Under the pieces are notes generated by a model. It made no database searches. It saw only the letters and a program-made list of their open reading frames with translations, and was not told where the DNA came from. Below, piece after piece: positions 10,098 through 19,106 of a DNA stretch of 19,106 nt; the first letter of the stretch is position 1; every line of letters begins with the position of its first letter. The stretch is from assembly GCF_006345805.1 (NCBI RefSeq), contig NW_021824352.1:1-19106 (forward strand), written 5' to 3'. Source of the stretch: Octopus sinensis (Eukaryota). The translations under genes were made by a program, and so were the position numbers.

Positions 10098-10168
10098 CGT
10101 ATATGAAAATGGTATTCTTTGAAACAATAGTAGCTGAATCTTAGATTAATTAAATATGCTTTTCTTCA

Positions 10169-10320
10169 TATATACAAAATATACAAAATATACAAAATAT
10201 ACAAAATATACAAAATATACACAAATAAATTTGCACTGCTATGTTTTAAGGCTTTCTTTTAAATTGCGGTTTTGTTTTCAACACCAGTCCACTGGGATAA
10301 AATACATTTGTAGAAGTATA

Positions 10321-10353
<33 letters not shown>

Positions 10354-10413
10354 AACAATCGTATGAAATAGAATAAATACAAAAAAAAGACTACAAAAAG
10401 ACTACAAAAAGAC
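10169..10413. repeat. Short tandem repeats: (atatacaaa)x~5.5 at ~10169-10220, (AAC)n at ~10322-10352, (aaaagactac)x~2.5
   Basis: Direct reading. Confidence 0.9.
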
Positions 10414-10578
10414 AAAGAAATAAAATACAAGATTACAAGATTACTCAAACAACAAGTAACCAATATATCTTACAGCTCTTTTGATTTGCGCCTGTGATGT
10501 TTTCTCCCTGCTGATAGAAACATGTCAGTAAGGAATGGATCAAAAGACGAATGCTTAAAACCCCAACTAAAATGGTAC

Positions 10579-10670
10579 GTGTGTGTGTGTGTGTGTGTGT
10601 GTGTGGGGGGGGGAGTGTGTGGGTGTATAAGTATGTACGTATATTCGGATATGAGGTGCGTGTATATATA

Positions 10671-10717
<47 letters not shown>

Positions 10718-10784
10718 TGAATGGACATCTGTGTGTATAAGTATATATATATATATATATATACAAAGAATTTTTATGTATGTT

Positions 10785-10835
<51 letters not shown>

Positions 10836-11000
10836 TGTCTAGATACACACACACATACGCGCGCACGCACACACACGCACACACACACACACACATATAT
10901 GTACATGTGTATTTTGCTACGTGCATACATTTATACGTGCGTGGATGAATATACGCAGAATTTATATATAGTATATGTATATATATATATATATATATAC

Positions 11001-11037
<37 letters not shown>

Positions 11038-11295
11038 TGTGTGTGTGTGTGTGGTGGGCGTGTGTGTACATATATACATATATGTACACACATATATACA
11101 TATATAAATATATATATATATATATCACATTGTATATACATATATATTTGTGTATAAAAATTTATATATACGCATATATATATATATATATATATACACG
11201 TACACATATTCGTATATGTTGATAATTTATTAGACCACAGTGGCATTCGTCTGCAGAATTGTTCAGAATTGTTCAAGCAAGATAGCAAAGATCAC

Positions 11296-11338
<43 letters not shown>

Positions 11339-11371
11339 GTGTGTGTGTGTGTGTGCGTGTGTGTGTGTGTG
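10579..11371. repeat. Compound (TG)n/(TA)n/(CA)n microsatellite field
   Basis: Direct reading. Confidence 0.95.
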
Positions 11372-11926
11372 TTTTTCCCAAACTATGAAATACCCAGCCT
11401 CATCCCCAATTACTAGAGAATTTGTTTTGGTCCTCCCGCAACTATTATCAATGAGTAGACAAAGTGTTTGCGCCAATATAATTGTTTTTCGTCGCCATCA
11501 CGTTAGACACGGTTAAAGGATCTTAAAACCACTTTGTTTTAGTTGACAAGTCAATTTGCTCGTCCCTTTTTTCAGTCCTTGCCACCCTTAACAATGACGC
11601 CTGTGATCCCTTCATATGATAAATACTGGTGCAGGCGGCACTTAAATGGTCAAAAGCAGATGCTGTAGAATAATGTAAATGATCGCTTTAAACGGATGGT
11701 ACTCTTTACTTGAAATATTGAGTTCTCACACTGGTACTGGACTACACACACGCACACACACATCTATACACACAATTGCACAAACACAACATGCTATTTT
11801 AAAATTAGAAAAACCTGTATATTACAGGCATTTTTTGTCAAGCCATGATAGATAAATGGTAAACTGGAAAAGAATACGAATTTCAGAGGAATGGCCCCCT
11901 CCACCCAAATACCACAAGATATTTAT

Positions 11927-11990
11927 CTGTCCGTTCTACCGATTCTTCCAGTCCACTGTCCGTTCTACCGATTCTACCAGTCCACTGTCC
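11927..11990. repeat. 29-bp tandem duplication (2.2 copies)
   Basis: ctgtccgttctaccgattct(t/a)ccagtcca at 11927-11955 and 11956-11984, plus ctgtcc. Confidence 0.95.
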
Positions 11991-12152
11991 TAATAATAAT
12001 CCTTTCTGCTATAGACACAAGGCCTGAAATTTTTGGGAAGGGGTACAGTTGCTTAGATCGATCCAAGTATGCAACTGGTACTCAATTTATCGATCCCGAA
12101 AGGATGAATAGCGAAGTCGACCTCGGCAGAATTTGAAATCAGAACGTAGCGA
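11991..12152 (-). mobile_element. SINE-B-related subfamily (B') with (ATT)n tail, head truncated
   Basis: Shares actggtact...tttatcgatcccgaaaggatgaa...aagtcgacctcggc...atttgaa with SINE B. Its 3' end is different (taataatcctttct...cacaag) and is shared with 12857-13140. Confidence 0.85.
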
Positions 12153-12153
12153 C

Positions 12154-12858
12154 GCAGGTGTTGTCAGGTGGAAAGAAACGAGCTTGAGGAAATGGATGAA
12201 AACAACCAAGAAAATGATGACAATGAACAAAGAACTGTACCCTAAAAGCGATATCGATAGACTCTGTGTGTCTAGACACAAGGTGGGTGGGGGAAGAGGT
12301 CTCATAGATGCAAGATCTGTGTTGCCAATGATGAAAAATGTCTGGAGATGGTATGTGAGATTGAACCTTTGTTTGTTGCTGTTAGAAATAGCAACACAAT
12401 ACCTTCAGGAAATATAACACATCTAAAAATATTTAAAACACAAGGTAGAGAACAAAGATCAAACAACTGGAAAATAAAAGCAATGCGTGGGCAATATCTG
12501 AGACAAACGGATGGGAAATACAAGATCAATACCTGGAGGTGGCAAAGGAAAAGTGATGTGGAAAGATGCGCTTGAATCATTGATATGCATCACCCAGGAA
12601 GACGCACTGAGAACTAATTACACCAAATTGCAAACAGATAAGATCAGTGAATAGAACCTTTATAGAATGTATGACAGCAAAAGCAAAACAATCTTACACA
12701 TATTGTGAATGAGTGTAACAAACTGGCCGAAAAGGAATACAAAAGAAGGACGTATGATGATGTAGTAAAGTTTGTTCACTGGGGTTTTGTGTGCGAAGTA
12801 AGGGCTTGAAAAGACACAGAAATAGTGCGAGCATAAACCAGAAGGCGTCACAGAGAAT
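12154..12858 (+). pseudogene. Decayed RLE-type non-LTR retrotransposon (R4/Dong-like), RT thumb to zinc-knuckle region
   Basis: Translates AGVVRW...TTKKMMTMNKELYPKSDIDRLCVSRHKVGGGRGLID; WKIKAMRGQYLRQT; QEDALRTNY; HIVNECNKLAEKEYKRR-YDDVVKFVHW; EHKPEGVTEN. These match HPK.D.DRLY.PR..GGRGL, HGQY and HI.S.C..LA..EY..RHD..VHW of RLE-clade elements. Confidence 0.88.
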
Positions 12859-13140
12859 AATCCTTTCTACTATAGGCACAAGCCCTGTAATTGCGGGGAG
12901 GGTGATAGTCGATTACATCGACCCCAGTACTCAACTGGTACTAAATTTATCGATCCCGAAAGGATGAAATGCAAAGTCAACCTCGGTGGAATTTGAACTC
13001 GGAACGTAGACATTACTACCATTTTAAACCCAGGAGGAAGCCTCCTCCACCTGGTTATTCGATGCAATTTGCACCCGATATATATTGCAAACAGGGGAGT
13101 GAACTCCTACCATGCTAACAATTCTGCCAGCTCATCATCT
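12857..13140 (-). mobile_element. SINE B' copy whose tRNA head is interrupted by ~100 bp of unrelated sequence
   Basis: Body 12857-13010 matches 11991-12152. The head remnant tgctaacaattctgccagctc resumes at ~13113. Confidence 0.85.
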
Positions 13141-13513
13141 TACAGCAACAACGTCCATGACGACGACGACGACAACAGCAACAATGATGATGATGATGAT
13201 GATAATAATAGTGGTCTTATTTTATTGTGCTCTTTCAATGTAGAGTCGAGCGCGTTGGTTATGTTTAGTGTTTTATTTTAGTCTCATGTTTTCTACTCTA
13301 TTAAATTTTCTTTGCATAATAAATATTCTGAATGTTTCAAGTGCTATTTTGTGTGTCCTGTATCTGTCTGTAAGTCCTGGGCTTGCGGTTATGTATTGGT
13401 CTGCATTTTTGTTTTGTCATTTTAATTTCAACTTGTTAATATGGAGATTGTTTCTGTTTTGATCTTCCATATTCTGGTTGTCTCTATTTCCGTATCTATA
13501 TTTAGACACTTCC

Positions 13514-13562
<49 letters not shown>

Positions 13563-13698
13563 GTATATATATATATATATTACCGTTCGTTTTTGATATA
13601 ATTATCGTTTGTTACTTTTATTGGAAGCATTTCCTTTTCCTGTTTGTCCTTGACAAAAACAAATATTTGAGTAGCCTTCATCCTTCAGCTTGTATATA

Positions 13699-14107
13699 CT
13701 CTCTCTTTTCTCTTTTACTCTTTTACTTGTTTCAGTCATCTGAATGCGGCCATACTGGAGCACCGCCTTTAGTCGAGCAAATCGACCCCAGGACTTATTC
13801 TTTGTAAGCCCAGTACTTATTCTTTCGGTCTCTTTTGCCGAACCGCTAAGTGACGGGGACGTAAACACACCAGCATCGGTTGTCAAGCAATGCTAGGGGG
13901 ACAAACACAGACACACAAACACATATATATATATACATATATACGACAGGCTTCTTTCAGTTTCCGTCTACCAAATCCACTCACAAGGCATTGGTTGGCC
14001 CGGGGCTATAGCAGAAGACACTTGCCCAAGATGCCACGCAGTGGCACTGAACCCGGAACCATGTGGTTGGTTAGCAAGCTACTTACCACACAGCCACTCC
14101 TGCGCCT
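13699..14107 (-). mobile_element. tRNA-derived SINE family A, full length
   Basis: Minus-strand A-box-like tggctgtgtgg (14096-14086) and B-box-like gttcagtgcc (14052-14043), internal (TA)/(TG) tract, and (gagtaaaa)-type tail. Three other copies are in the window. Confidence 0.92.
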
Positions 14108-14177
14108 ATGTTTATATAAATGTTTTTGTTTTTGTTGTCTGTTCTGAAGGAATATCATAATGCTGTTACGATTTCTC

Positions 14178-15209
14178 ATTTCTTTATTGCCCACAAGGGT
14201 ATAAACATAGAGAGGACAAACAAGGACAGATAAAGGGATTAAGTAGATTACATCGACCCCAGTGCGTAACTGGTCAACCCCTGAAAGGATGAAAGGCAAA
14301 GTCGACCTCGGTGAAATTTGAACTCAGAACGTAGCGGCAGACGAAATACCCATTTCTTTACTACCCACAAGGGGCTAAACACAGAGGAGACAAACATTAG
14401 CACGCCGGGCGAAATGCGTATCCGTATTTCGTCTGTCGATACGTTCCGAGTTCAAATTCCGTCGAGGTCGACTTTGATTTCATCCTTTCGGGGTCGATAA
14501 ATTAAGTACCAGTTACGCACTGGGGTCGATATAATCGACTTAATACCTATGCCTGTCCTTGTTTGTCCCCTCTATGTTTAGCCCCTTGTGGGCAATAAAG
14601 AAATATATATATGCATATATATTTCTTTACTACCCACAAGGGGCTAAACACTGAGGGGACAAACAAGGACAGACAAAAGGATGAAGTCGATTACATCGAC
14701 CCCAGTGCGTAACTGGTCAACCCCTGAAAGGATGAAAGGCAAAGTCGACATCGGTGGAATTTGAACTCAGAACGTAGCGGCAGACTAAATACCCATTTCT
14801 TTACTGCCCACAAGGGGCTAAACACAGAGGAGACAAACAAGGACAGACAGACGGATTAAGTCGATTACATCAATCCCAGTGTTTCACTGGTACTTAATTT
14901 ATCAACCCCGAAAGGATGAAAGGCAAAGTTGACCTCGGCGGAACTTGAACTCAAAACGTAACGGCAGACGAAATACGTATTTCTTTACTACCCACAAGGA
15001 GTTAAACACAGAGGGGACAAATAAGGTCAGACAAACGGATTAAGTCGATTACATCGACCCCAGTGCGTAACTGGCACTTAATTTATCGACCCCGAAAGGA
15101 TGAAAGGCAAAGTCGACCTCGGCGGAATTTGAACTCACAACGTAACGCAGACGAAATACCGCTAAGCATTTCGCCCGGCGTGCTAACGTTTCTGCCAGCT
15201 CGCCGCCTT
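14178..15209. mobile_element. Cluster of six SINE-B units: 14178-14350(-), 14351-14395(-, partial), 14396-14604(+), 14621-14793(-), 14794-14977(-), 14978-15209(-, full head)
   Basis: Each aligns to the full-length copy at 6254-6487. Confidence 0.93.
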
Positions 15210-16436
15210 TTTATTGCATCGAGTAACCAGCTGGAGGAGACGTCCTCTTGTGGTTAAAATATGGTAACGTCAGTTCCTAGGGAACAGCCATGTTGAAATG
15301 GCGATAAACACTACTTTTCAGTATAGTTATTGCTTTCATGTCATTTACAGATTTTCTAACTAGCTAATTTCGTACTAAGATTTGAAACTAAATTAGGGGT
15401 GCAACTACGACTTACAATAGCAACTTACACACGAGTAAATACGTTAGATATTGTGTCCTTCCCAAACTCTACATATTCCACAGGTACATGATGTATTCCG
15501 CTTTATTACGCGCTTTTGTTAGTTTCTGGTTGGAAGGCTTTTAATCTGACGTTTCCCACTATGTTCCGTGGTTTTTCTTTATTTATTTACTCCCCGCTCA
15601 CAAATTTTATTTTTACAGATTGGCCTTGTAATGGCTTTCCTATGTTATCGCTTTAGCATGGCTTCGGAAAGTTTAGATTAATTTTTTTAGCCTCAATTTT
15701 AGATTAATTTTTAGCTTTTTCACAATATCTATTTTCTCCTTTCTTCTCATAACAGTGTGTTTTATTTCAGTCCCTATTTTGTTTCCCTTGGCTTTCATGA
15801 AAATAGAAACAATTTATTCTTGTTTTGTTCGCATTTTGTACATATTCTATCAGTTTTCCACTCTTTTTACAAGATATTTACGTAATTCTGCAGTGGATGT
15901 CTTATAAAAGGCCCTTAGTTGCGTAAGATCCCTTCATCTTTACTTTCATGGTAAACATGTTTCTATGCAAGACATTATTTTCTTGTTTGTATTTACTTTC
16001 GTTAATAAATTACTCCCCCAGTTCAAAATATCATAATTCATTATCGAGGGAGCTACAATAGTGATGTCTATTATTGTATTTAGCATTGTTCTAAGTATTA
16101 AATTTAACGACTTCAATATCCGTTTAATTTTTGTCTTTCATTTGTTTTCGACTGTACTTCGTTAATTTCTAGGTTTATGCTTGGTTTAAGTTCTCTTTTT
16201 ACTATTTCTTATATAGTGTTTGGGCTAATCTATTATCTCTGCATTTTTATCTAGCATAACATTAGCGTTCTTAATTAGCTTTCCTCTCTTTAAGGTTATG
16301 TTTAGGGCGTTTTTCTAACCAGAATATATAAATTCATGTAGTAAATCCGTATACTATCTGTAACAGCGTTTCTAGCTATCTATTAATGACAGCGTGTATA
16401 TATAGATATAGATATAGATGGATAAATAGACAGGTA

Positions 16437-16631
16437 TAGAAGGTGTTCATAAATTATCTTTACAATTTCCACAATTCGTTGTATTGTATCGTCGTGCAAC
16501 AAATGGAGCCTGCGTGGAAGTTTTCTGATGTTTCTAATAAAACTTTGTCAATAAACTCTGCTGAGTTATCCTTACTTTACATTTTTTTCTGAATGTTTCA
16601 AATTGTAAAGGCAATTTATAGACACCTTCTG
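16437..16631. mobile_element. Tc1/mariner-type MITE
   Basis: TIRs 16438-16468 agaaggtgttcataaattatctttacaattt vs rc of 16600-16630 agaaggtgtctataaattgcctttacaattt (27/31). TA on the left at 16435-16436; the right TA is not preserved. Confidence 0.8.
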
Positions 16632-17029
16632 GAGATAAGGATAGATACTGAGGCTTCCCATATACAAAAGATTGGGGCGATTTCTTCCCCTTTTATTTGT
16701 ATTCGAGTCCAGCCTGGTCTAACCTGTTGATTAAAATGGTTAGTTCCAGGAAAGAAAGCATGGAGTGAAAGAGAGATCGTCGAATACTTCTCTTCTCATA
16801 GGAAACGTATCTAATTTATATAATTTCCCCTTCTGTCTGTTTACAGAATTATTTTCTATATATTCATGATATGTTTAATGTTTTTCCTTATTCTTGGTGA
16901 TAGTTTACTCATCGCTAATGGAAACACGTGTGGAGAAACCTGTTGCAAGCGGGGTACTTTATCCGTGTTGTACTCAAATCAATTTACTCCATTTTACAGT
17001 TTTCATGTTATGGTATTGTTGGTCAGTGA

Positions 17030-17150
17030 TTGATCTTTCATCACTTCAGGCTCGATAAAATAAGTACCAGTCAAGCACTAAGATCGAGGTAATCGACTAG
17101 CTACTGCCACAAAATTGCTGGCATTGTGCTAATAATAGAAAGAACTATTA
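17030..17150 (+). mobile_element. Old SINE B' core and tail fragment
   Basis: ctttcatcacttcaggctcgataaaataagtaccagtcaagcact...taatcgact...aatagaaaga matches the SINE B/B' core. Confidence 0.75.
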
Positions 17151-17537
17151 TGGTTGTTAATATTCCGACCATCACTGACGTCATCATATTTGTAATAACC
17201 GTCGTTATCACCGTCATTATCATTATATTTCTTTCCGCAGTGTGATGCGGCATTGATTTCTGGACTAGTAAAAAAAGTACCAGCACAATCAGCCTCTTCT
17301 CATCCAGTATATTAAAAGCCACATAGGTGTGAGCTTCCACATGTCATGCCTCAGTCAATAGAGCATAGTTCAGGTAGAACTTTTTAAAACCATTCTTTTG
17401 TGGGCATATGAAAGCTCATTTTCTCCGGAATATCTATTCGAGTAAGGAAGCATTTGTTTTTGTAACGTACCTCTGCCACGTTTCTTACTTTTCCTGGAGT
17501 TGACCTGTGTCCAAAATTTCCAAGATGAGATGCTGTT

Positions 17538-18013
17538 ATTGTTGTTCTTCTTCCAATCAGGACTCACGCCATTAGTCACAAAGAATAATCTCTAATTCGA
17601 GCCTACTCTAAGCTACTAAGAATGCGTGTGGCAACTTGAAGATCCACCCAGCACACGCGATAGACTGGCGGTTGGACGGGCGCGAAAGCTACGTTGTTAT
17701 TCTCATTCCGTAAACGGTGGCTTTTTTAACGGATGGAGAGCTGAACCATCCTGGGGTACAGAGGATTCGCAATCTAGACTAGGGCCTGAAAGTTTTACCA
17801 CACCATATTGGGTTACACCATGGTTCCTCTGCTTTGTGGCATAAGTAGGAAGAAAGAGTGAGAAAAAGCTGTGGTTCACCCACCCACGCCGGACCACGTG
17901 GAGCTTAGGTATTTTTGTTCAATAAACACTCACAATGCCCGGTCTGGGAAGCGAAACCGCGTTCTTACAACCGCGAGTCCGCTGCCCTAACCACTGAGCC
18001 ATTGCGTCTCCAC
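17538..18013 (-). mobile_element. tRNA-derived SINE family D (~476 bp) with target-site duplication
   Basis: Minus strand begins gtggagacgcaatggctcagtggttagggc (A-box) ... ggtttcgcttccc (degenerate B-box) and ends in a gaagaagaacaacaat tail. TSD agatgctgtt at 17528-17537 and 18014-18023. Confidence 0.85.
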
Positions 18014-18249
18014 AGATGCTGTTGTAGTTATTGGCGACCTTTTTAATGTCCTAAGATTCTGTATTTGTTTATCATATCGTGACTACTTCTGTGTATTAAT
18101 GGCTCCGCTTGTTTAAGTAATAATCTTTTTCATCTTTTTTTTTATGTGTTTTCAATATTATGGGGGTATATTTAGTAGTACCACATTTTGCTTTTTGCTA
18201 GAATCTCTTCCCGCCACATCAGAGGTTGCTATATTGAAACACTTATTAG

Positions 18250-18251
<2 letters not shown>

Positions 18252-18323
<72 letters not shown>
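18252..18323. repeat. (GA)n microsatellite
   Basis: Direct reading. Confidence 0.95.
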
Positions 18324-18328
<5 letters not shown>

Positions 18329-18329
18329 C

Positions 18330-18565
18330 GGGGAGATAAAATAAATCCGATACTTGACTCGTACTTTATTTATAGGCCCTGAACGAACGAAATCTAAAAT
18401 CGTCTTAGGTGAGATTTGAACTTAGAGAGCATTTTAACCAACGCTCGTTGCATTCCATTCTTTCGGAGTTGAAGAAGCAAGTACCAACCAAGTACAGGAG
18501 ACGATGTACTTGATTACAACTGTCTCCCACTAAATACGAGGCCACGTGCCTATAATAGAAAGGAG
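18330..18565. mobile_element. Two very decayed SINE B' fragments, head-to-head (~18330-18445 minus, ~18448-18565 plus)
   Basis: Traces of gtactttatttat...gatttgaactt and of ttccattctttcggagttga...aagtacca...gtgcctataatagaaagga. Confidence 0.55.
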
Positions 18566-18631
18566 TATTATTATTATTATTATTATAATTATTATTATTA
18601 TTATTATTATTATCATCATCATCATCATCAC

Positions 18632-18701
<70 letters not shown>
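18566..18701. repeat. (ATT)n/(ATC)n trinucleotide tract
   Basis: Direct reading; this produces the poly-I/poly-L ORF. Confidence 0.95.
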
Positions 18702-18702
<1 letters not shown>

Positions 18703-19106
18703 CATTGAGTGAGAGAGCAGTTCATGCCATCAAAGTGACACTGGGGTAAAATATACGAAGCCCAGTATACTCATCATGACTACCCGTCTGATAGGGGTAC
18801 ACTAGGCACATGCATCACAACCATATGTGCGCGACATGGTGATCTCATATCAAGATAAACAGCGCATGACATTGCAGGTGGGGCCCAGTTAGAATTTTCT
18901 TTAGGTCGTGTAGCCCATCCCGCTCAAAAGGTCCCTGAATAAGGGCTGTTTAAGGATGTTGAACAAACCACCCATGTTTCCAAAGGTGAATTATCCAAAC
19001 CTCTAAGAATCCCATTCAACACATGGCTATGATGCTCCTCCACTATTTCTGCCCGTGATCAGAGATGCACATATCGTCAGCCACTAAGTGACATGCTCAA
19101 CTGGTT
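18702..19106 (-). mobile_element. Probable retroposon 3' portion ending in an (AAT)n tail, running off the window
   Basis: Abrupt switch to ~45% GC complex sequence abutting the (ATT)n tract. It resembles a high-copy octopus repeat by recall only; no second copy is in the window. Confidence 0.5.

Larger units (their letters stand above)
13212..17537 (-). pseudogene. Ancient R4/Dong-like non-LTR retrotransposon (RT + Zn knuckle + RLE), fragmented by nested insertions
   Basis: Collinear decayed motifs on the minus strand: MRREVFDDLS (~16799, RGIFQGD.LS); NLLYMGSLSIY (16673-16641, HLLYMDDLKLY); LETLLQIVYGFT (~16375-16340); ITLKRGKLIKNANVMLD (16299-16249); RDLTQLRAFYKTSTAELRKYL (~15933-15871); KPLQGQS (15637-15617); LPTRN*QKRVI...CGIC (~15540-15470); VTAL*-IP-FRTDNK (~14170-14130); VKDKQEK-KCF (~13655-13625); EIETTRIWKIKTETISI (13490-13440); ADQYITASPGLT...HKIAL (~13405-13339). 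The 17230-17537 part is only weakly supported. Confidence 0.8.

Noticed and set aside
13023-13060. gcctcctc motif reminiscent of an HDV-like ribozyme P3/L3
   Set aside because: The P3' strand, P1.1 and the nested double-pseudoknot pairings cannot be formed.
12154-13685. Idea that the plus-strand RT fragment and the minus-strand RLE end are one element broken by an inversion
   Set aside because: The minus-strand RLE end has its own collinear upstream RT and Zn-knuckle on the minus strand (14108-17025), duplicating the region covered by the plus fragment, so these are two elements.
14178-15209. Regularly recurring units suggestive of a CRISPR array or satellite
   Set aside because: Units are ~170-230-bp SINE bodies matching the dispersed copy at 6254-6487; there are no unique spacers and no cas genes, and the context is eukaryotic.
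18546-18749. Poly-Ile/poly-Leu ORF resembling a transmembrane protein
   Set aside because: It is the translation of the (ATT)n tract.

Overview
Eukaryotic, AT-rich, repeat-saturated non-coding DNA (intronic or intergenic). I can support no intact protein-coding gene, rRNA, true tRNA or CRISPR array. Most ORFs in the supplied track are translations of microsatellites or SINEs. The repeat repertoire resembles what I recall from Octopus (coleoid cephalopod) genomes; this is recall, not a database result. Contents: (i) long (TA)n, (CA)n, (GA)n, (TATG)n, (TATC)n and (ATT)n tracts; (ii) at least four tRNA-derived SINE families, labelled here A-D, including a six-unit SINE-B cluster with headless tandem units and a tail-to-tail palindrome; (iii) three decayed non-LTR retrotransposons: an RTE-type APE endonuclease fragment, a plus-strand R4/Dong-like fragment, and an ancient minus-strand R4/Dong-like RT+RLE element traceable over ~4.4 kb through nested insertions; (iv) two Tc1/mariner-type MITEs; (v) three short structured modules embedded in (TA)n. 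One carries a minimal type-I hammerhead ribozyme motif (8792-8826), one is a ~93-bp-arm foldback, and one has inverted ends that also mirror the flanking microsatellite. The best candidates for unusual biology are the hammerhead/foldback modules and the precise headless SINE concatemer. Boundaries of old elements are approximate.
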